Below, piece after piece: positions 63,683 to 64,000 of a DNA stretch of 64,000 nt. The DNA is from Selaginella moellendorffii. Taxonomy: Eukaryota; Plantae; Lycopodiophyta. Position 1 is the first letter of the stretch. Every line of letters starts with the position of its first letter. The position numbers were made by a program, and so were the translations under genes. The stretch lies in contig NW_003314362.1 in assembly GCF_000143415.4 (NCBI RefSeq), positions 1 through 64,000 of the forward strand, given 5' to 3'. The notes beneath the pieces are model-generated. The model was not told the DNA's origin. It saw only the letters and a list, made by a program, of their open reading frames with translations, and searched no databases.

Positions 63683-64000
63683 GGGAAAAAGTAAATTATT
63701 AATTGCAAAAAAGAATATTATAAAAATATACTTCTCTAACAAATTGTTAATAGCTTATCTAGAATTAGCATTTGCCCAGCATATGCTGTCCTGTTAACAA
63801 ATATTGTTTTGAATGTTAAATCTAATAAACAAATAAAGTGAACTTGAAAAGCTTGTATTATAACTATATATCAAGAATTTCTTTCAGTGCTACAAACAAT
63901 GCATGGAGCATTTAGTATTAAACCTCCTTATAAACTGTGTTGATGGTGAAAGTAGGACTTAAAGGGAATAATTGTCCTTGGAGTGACATGTTCTGTACTT

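Overview
This is eukaryotic nuclear DNA from a flagellate-sperm land plant. It most resembles Selaginella (lycophyte), inferred from the ~50-60 nt GT-AG introns, very short intergenic spacers, PLS-type PPR gene and axonemal genes. 1-3.4 kb is degenerate, locally duplicated DNA. 3.4-23.4 kb holds three flagellar genes: a divergent CFAP20/BUG22 paralog, the I1/f-alpha inner-arm dynein heavy chain (DHC1/DNAH10), and a ZMYND12/p38-like TPR gene ending only 57 bp upstream of the dynein ATG. 23.4-42.6 kb is a very dense run of housekeeping genes: Ycf20-like, ARM-repeat, trihelix TF, MHF1, PTS2-bearing aspartate aminotransferase, PPR, an S1-domain RNA-binding protein plus a truncated tandem paralog, RLPH phosphatase, DGD1, and an atypical TrpRS lacking part of the anticodon-binding domain. 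42.6-47.1 kb is an AT-rich island with gene relics. 47.2-56.2 kb has AUG4, a papain-like protease, a MORN3-like gene, an EDR4-like zinc-ribbon gene and a stand-alone I9 subtilase inhibitor. 56.5-63.7 kb is a damaged, defence-flavoured block: an HMA-like gene, an intronless CRN/Uma2-type restriction-endonuclease-fold ORF, a 5'-truncated frameshifted RBOH, and a Kissper-Kiwellin/TM/non-RD receptor-kinase fusion with frameshifts and a ~180 bp internal inversion. The top novelty candidates are the kiwellin-ectodomain receptor kinase, the operon-like gene packing (including ZMYND12->dynein), the anticodon-loop-deleted TrpRS, and the CRN-like nuclease-fold ORF. All family calls come from motif recognition, not database searches, and exon boundaries were read by hand.
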